Positions 6,715 through 10,717 of a stretch of DNA of 10,717 nt are shown here, in pieces. A program made the position numbers and the translations under genes. This DNA is from Promethearchaeota archaeon. GTDB lineage: Archaea; Asgardarchaeota; Lokiarchaeia; Sigyniarchaeales; SOKP01. The notes under the pieces are model-generated. The model was not told the origin of the DNA. It worked only from the letters and a program-made list of their open reading frames with translations, and ran no database searches. Position 1 is the first letter of the stretch, and every line of letters starts with the position of its first letter. Location: positions 1-10,717 of the forward strand of contig SDNY01000124.1 of assembly GCA_004524535.1 (NCBI GenBank), given 5' to 3'.

Positions 6715-6949
6715 AGATAGTTACAGAATAATGAGTTATTTAGAATTTCAATATTTAACAAAATCTAACTAATCTTTTCAGTATTTTGTAAAATATATTT
6801 AAAATTGATTTTAATTTTAATGTATTGAATATTGATTTAACCTATAAATTATAAATATCAAATTAAATATATTTATATGATTGATGAATTTAATCAAATA
6901 TTCAAATTTCAATTTTCTTAGCTCACAAAAAAATCCAAATATATGAATC

Positions 6950-7474
6950 ATGTTTGACGCGACATATAAAATAATTATCTTTGGTGATGCTGGGACAGGA
7001 AAAACTACATTAACTCAGCGGTACATGACAAATCTTTTTAAATCAGATTCAAAAATGACTATTGGAGTAGAATTTGAAGTAAAGAGTATAGAAATTGATG
7101 ATTTTAAAATTAAATTGCAAATTTGGGACTTTGGTGGAGAAGAAAGGTTTAGATTTATATTACCGACTTATGTGAAAGGTGCGGCTGGCGGGATTTTTAT
7201 GTATGATATTACAAATTATTCATCTTTAGCCCATATTGACGATTGGTTACTTGTAATTCAAAAAGAAGCTGAAACACGTTTTCCTATAATTGTTGTTGGT
7301 GGCAAAGGTGATCTTGCGGATGAGCGCGAAGTAAGTAATGATGAGGGTATAGAAATAGCCAAATCAAGAAATGCTTCCGCATTTATAGAATGTAGTGCGA
7401 AAACGGGGGCAAACATTAATGTTGTGTTTGAAAGCTTAACTAAATCTATGATGAAAAATTCAGGTTTTTACTGA
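6950..7474 (+). CDS. Rab-like small GTPase (Ras superfamily, Asgard type)
   Basis: G1 GDAGTGKTT, G2 TIGVEF, KLQIWDFGGEERFR (G3 plus RabF2/F3-like), YVKGA (RabF4-like), MYDIT, G4 GKGD and G5 ECSAK. No C-terminal Cys. Confidence 0.95.
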   Translation: MFDATYKIIIFGDAGTGKTTLTQRYMTNLFKSDSKMTIGVEFEVKSIEIDDFKIKLQIWDFGGEERFRFILPTYVKGAAGGIFMYDITNYSSLAHIDDWLLVIQKEAETRFPIIVVGGKGDLADEREVSNDEGIEIAKSRNASAFIECSAKTGANINVVFESLTKSMMKNSGFY

Positions 7475-7557
7475 TTTTTTAAATTTGCTTTAAGTTTTTT
7501 AGAGTAAAGAATATTATGTTTAAATAAGAATATATAATACTTAATCAAAACATCGTT

Positions 7558-8586
7558 TTAAAATTCTTTTTCTTCTAAACGAATGAACGTATAAAAGAAA
7601 ATAAAGATAAATACAAAAGCTGTTAAAATTAAACTTATAAGTTGTATTAAATATGACCAATCGGCATTTACTATCAACAGATTTGCTCCCATAAATAAAG
7701 CTGCTAAAAAATAACCAAAAAAATAACTTTTAAAGCTAGTTTTTCTTTTCTTACCCGTTATAAAATTAATAATCGCCACGACAATACCAATAATAAATCC
7801 ACCAATATAAAATAACTCAATAATTTCAAATCGTTGAAATCCTGTAAAAAAACCTTCTAAAAATAAGAAGAAGATAAAAAGGAAGATTTCTCCAATTCTA
7901 ATATACCAGATCGTCATCTCTGATTTGGGTTCTTCAAAAAGTTGCTCATATTCGCTAACACCTTTATTTGATAACAATATAAATAAAGATCCAATTGCTA
8001 ATGCGGTATATATACTATAAGAAATACGAAAAAGAAAGGGCAATAAAGGAACCCATATATCATACCATAAAAATATGGCTAATTCTATGTATTGGGGTAA
8101 TATGATAATTGAACAAATAATAGGCAAAATACAAAATAAACCCATTAAAATTTTAGTTATTAAAGAAGTTTTTTGCTCATCCCATGATTCTTTTCTAAAA
8201 GTTGTTAATCTCCACGCCATACTAGAAAAGCTTAAAATAGAAATTAGTGGTGTAATTATAGGAAAAACGAAAATAAAAAGTATAAAAAGCGCATTTGCTC
8301 CAAAAAATAATTTTAATCTTATAGGAACAACAGCAACCGTTTTATCCATAGATTCCATAGCCATTGATAATCTAGTCGCAAATAGAATTAAAAAAAATAA
8401 CCATGAAACGCTAAATACTAAAGGGCAGAGGATTTTTATAATAAGAAAAGTTGCCATCTTATTATCAGAGAACCAAAGCGAAAAATCAGTAATAAAGAAA
8501 ATCAAGAAGATTATAATTGGCAATATAATTATTGAAATTAAAACTACGGCGCGACTAATAATAACTCCTTTAATTTCCTTTGACAT
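7558..8586 (-). CDS. Uncharacterised polytopic membrane protein (~9-10 TM helices)
   Basis: 342-aa ORF with ATG start and long Ile/Leu/Phe segments separated by short charged loops (RKESWDEQK, KGVSEYEQLFEEPK, GKKRK). No recognised family motif. Confidence 0.8.
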   Translation of the reverse strand: MSKEIKGVIISRAVVLISIIILPIIIFLIFFITDFSLWFSDNKMATFLIIKILCPLVFSVSWLFFLILFATRLSMAMESMDKTVAVVPIRLKLFFGANALFILFIFVFPIITPLISILSFSSMAWRLTTFRKESWDEQKTSLITKILMGLFCILPIICSIIILPQYIELAIFLWYDIWVPLLPFLFRISYSIYTALAIGSLFILLSNKGVSEYEQLFEEPKSEMTIWYIRIGEIFLFIFFLFLEGFFTGFQRFEIIELFYIGGFIIGIVVAIINFITGKKRKTSFKSYFFGYFLAALFMGANLLIVNADWSYLIQLISLILTAFVFIFIFFYTFIRLEEKEF

Positions 8587-8806
8587 GATACGATTATTCT
8601 CGCTTATTCTTAAAAAAATCTTTTAATTTATTATAAATATATTAATTTTTAGAATTTAAAAATTTACATAAAAAGAAAAATCTCGATTTTAAAATTTCTT
8701 ATGAAATCACTTTCTTAGTTTATTATAATTCAATCTCCAATAATTATCAAAAAGAATATTTGTAAAAAATAAATAAAAAAAATTAAAAGAAATTTATTTA
8801 ATTGTC

Positions 8807-9490
8807 CTAAACAATTCTTCCATTATCCATTTTTATTATTCTGTCGCCGTGCTTTGCAACAGTATTGCGATGGGAGACGCAGAGTATAGTCGTCTCATAA
8901 TCTTTATTTATCTTCTTAAGAAGTTCCATAATTTGTGTTTCGGATTCTGGATCTAAATTACCTGAAGGTTCGTCTGCGAAAATAACTCTTGGTTTGCCAA
9001 TTATTGCTCGTGCTATAGCCACTCTTTGCTTTTCTCCACCGCTCATCTGAACTGGAAAATGGTCTTTTCTTTCAAGCATATTAACGTCCCGTAATGCTGC
9101 GATAGCTCGATTCTCTATTTCCTTATTACTTAATACTGTTGGCCAGAGCATGGATTCGACATTTTCAACAGCCGTTAGTGTTTTTATAAGGTTAAAGTCT
9201 TGAAATATCATGCCAACTTTTTGACGCCTAATTTTTGATAAACGATCTTCTTTAGATCGTGCTATATTTTCACCATCAAAAATTATCTTACCGGAGTCCG
9301 GCAAGTCCAAACCTGATAGAACATTAAGTAGGGTTGATTTTCCACATCCCGTTGGCCCCTGAATTATAATAAATTCACCTGATTTAATGCTCATATTAAT
9401 ATCTACTAGAGCCCTGATTATTGCCCCTGATCGCCTATATTCCTTATTCACATCTATCGCTTCAATCATGACATCTTTATCTATTGGCAT
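8807..9490 (-). CDS. ABC transporter ATP-binding protein, LolD/MacB/FtsE family
   Basis: Walker A GPTGCGKST, Q-loop IFQDFNL, signature MSGGEKQRVAIARA, Walker B/D-loop IFADEPSGNLD and H-switch VSH. SD-like GGTGA at 9504-9500. Confidence 0.95.
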   Translation of the reverse strand: MPIDKDVMIEAIDVNKEYRRSGAIIRALVDINMSIKSGEFIIIQGPTGCGKSTLLNVLSGLDLPDSGKIIFDGENIARSKEDRLSKIRRQKVGMIFQDFNLIKTLTAVENVESMLWPTVLSNKEIENRAIAALRDVNMLERKDHFPVQMSGGEKQRVAIARAIIGKPRVIFADEPSGNLDPESETQIMELLKKINKDYETTILCVSHRNTVAKHGDRIIKMDNGRIV

Positions 9491-9495
9491 TTTTT

Positions 9496-10035
9496 TTATT
9501 CACCCACCCTTTTTAATGCTAACATAGGTCTTACTTTCAATACTTTCCTATTTGCTAAAATTATCGCAGCTAATTGAACGACTAAAAAAATTAAAAATGT
9601 TATGGCAACTGGAACTAAACTTATTAATATTGCAGGTATCCCTACTAATATGTTTGCAGAGTTTAAATATGCAATAATAGCAGCATAATGAAATAGAACT
9701 TCTATCACTATGAAGAAACCCATAAAGGTTGTATAGAAAATTATTCCCGATACTAACGTATTAATATTTCCATTTGTCCAACCTATGCATTTCAATGTCG
9801 CAAATATTCTTCTATTTCTAGCTACAATTATCCATGCATATAAAAGAGAAAGAACGAGTGAGGTCCCAAAGAAAATTATTATAAAAAAAGTCGTGGTTTC
9901 TCCTCCACCTCCAGTAGGACTTGTAGCTACCTGAATAAAAAAACTTGTTAAGAATATTAGAATTGTATATATAAGCGTAAAAACGATAAACATTTTTTTC
10001 TCCCGAAGTGTCATTTTTACAGCTTTCTTCATCAA
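9496..10035 (-). CDS. FtsX/MacB-like (ABC3, type VII) permease, minimal 4-TM form
   Basis: RNRRIFATLKCIGWT matches the FtsX-family R-x-x-E-x-A-x-L-K-x-x-G coupling motif. Four hydrophobic helices and a C-terminal KV-x-P-x-x-AL motif. Ends 5 nt upstream of the ATPase. Start TTG 10035 or ATG 10032. Confidence 0.85.
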   Translation of the reverse strand: MMKKAVKMTLREKKMFIVFTLIYTILIFLTSFFIQVATSPTGGGGETTTFFIIIFFGTSLVLSLLYAWIIVARNRRIFATLKCIGWTNGNINTLVSGIIFYTTFMGFFIVIEVLFHYAAIIAYLNSANILVGIPAILISLVPVAITFLIFLVVQLAAIILANRKVLKVRPMLALKRVGE

Positions 10036-10143
10036 TCTAAAAATAATTTTGTCACCTGTTTTTTTTTTCCAAAAATATTAATATAAAATTTTAGTACTAT
10101 TGTATACTATATAATAAAATAATAATAAAAGTTATGCTATAAA

Positions 10144-10542
10144 ATGTCGATAGAAAGTATTATTGATAATTTATTAGATGAGGAACAAAATGTTCATGGG
10201 ATTGCTATAGTTGGTTCGGACGGGACACTTATCACACAGACGGAAAACTGGGATATTAGTGGAGATCTTGGACCAATTAACGAATTAATCCAAAACAATC
10301 CTGATCTTGGTCAAAAAGGAATTACAAGTATAACAGTTCAGGGAATAAAGTATATGGTAGTGGAAAATACTGAAGAGAGAAAAATTGGTACAAATATTAC
10401 AGGAAAGGGGCATATTATTGTTGCTCCTGTTCCTATTGGAGGCACAGGCGCCTTAATTTGCTATATAAATCCTCAAGTAGGGCCACGAGATGCGTTATTT
10501 ACAGTTCAATCTTATGCTTTGAAATTAACTAATCTCCTATAA
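10144..10542 (+). CDS. Asgard (Loki-type) profilin, actin-monomer-binding protein
   Basis: HGIAIVGSDG...QTENW, GITSITVQGIKYMVVENTEERKIGTNITGKGH and PIGGTGALICYINP closely match my recollection of characterised Lokiarchaeal profilins. 132 aa is typical profilin size. Confidence 0.93.
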   Translation: MSIESIIDNLLDEEQNVHGIAIVGSDGTLITQTENWDISGDLGPINELIQNNPDLGQKGITSITVQGIKYMVVENTEERKIGTNITGKGHIIVAPVPIGGTGALICYINPQVGPRDALFTVQSYALKLTNLL

Positions 10543-10553
10543 TAAATTAATCC

Positions 10554-10561
10554 TTTTTTTT
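10554..10561 (+). terminator. Oligo-T terminator candidate for profilin
   Basis: T8 run beginning 12 nt after the stop codon, in the 20-nt gap between convergent genes. Confidence 0.5.
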
Positions 10562-10562
10562 A

Positions 10563-10717
10563 TTATTCTATTAAATTCCAATGATTCTTCAATAATTCCT
10601 TTAAAGAATTTTTAATTTTAATTATTTCTTCCATTTTAGATTCATATCGGAACTCTAAATTCTCAAATAAAGGGAGTTCAAAATGCTCATTTAATAGACC
10701 TTTAATAATTGCGTGAA
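10563..10717 (-). CDS. 3' end of an unidentified gene entering from the right edge
   Basis: Not in the ORF track. Manual translation gives ...HAIIKGLLNEHFELPLFENLEFRYESKMEEIIKIKNSLKELLKNHWNLIE* with TAA at 10565-10563 followed by a second TAA. Composition is protein-like and helical. Confidence 0.7.
   Translation of the reverse strand, partial: HAIIKGLLNEHFELPLFENLEFRYESKMEEIIKIKNSLKELLKNHWNLIE

Noticed and set aside
6791-6897. AAATATATTTA repeat (6791-6801, 6865-6875), 12-bp palindrome TAAATATATTTA (6864-6875) and TTGAT-N7-ATCAA (6881-6897)
   Set aside because: Almost purely A/T words in a very AT-rich divergent promoter region. They are expected by chance or are simply TATA boxes, so I cannot support an operator or origin call.
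8075-8626. 183-aa plus-strand Ile/Lys/Asn-rich ORF
   Set aside because: Antisense mirror of the Phe/Leu/Ile-rich membrane gene; its composition is what reverse-complemented T-rich codons produce.
8587-8806. 220-nt intergenic gap as a possible hidden gene or RNA
   Set aside because: Very AT-rich with no credible ORF or stable stem seen; consistent with a terminator (A-runs at 8764-8788 read as U-runs on minus) plus a promoter.

Overview
AT-rich archaeal chromosomal segment, almost certainly from an Asgard archaeon (Lokiarchaeia-like). It carries three eukaryotic-signature genes: a Loki-type profilin, a Rab-like small GTPase and a longin-domain protein. It also has a tightly packed minus-strand argS-agmatinase-deoxyhypusine synthase operon, a LolD/FtsE-type ABC ATPase with an unusually small FtsX-like permease, and three uncharacterised membrane proteins (a six-fold 2TM-repeat His-rich protein, a Cys-rich 4-TM protein and a ~10-TM protein). 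Partial genes sit at both edges. The best candidates for undescribed biology are (i) a ~136-nt GC-enriched, foldable non-coding element at 251-386, (ii) the argS-speB-dys operon, whose enzymes show substrate-pocket changes compatible with an agmatine-based eIF5A/aIF5A modification route, and (iii) the 6x2TM protein with 12 periodically placed membrane histidines. No mobile element, CRISPR array, tRNA or rRNA was recognised. All family calls rest on motif recognition by eye, not on database searches.
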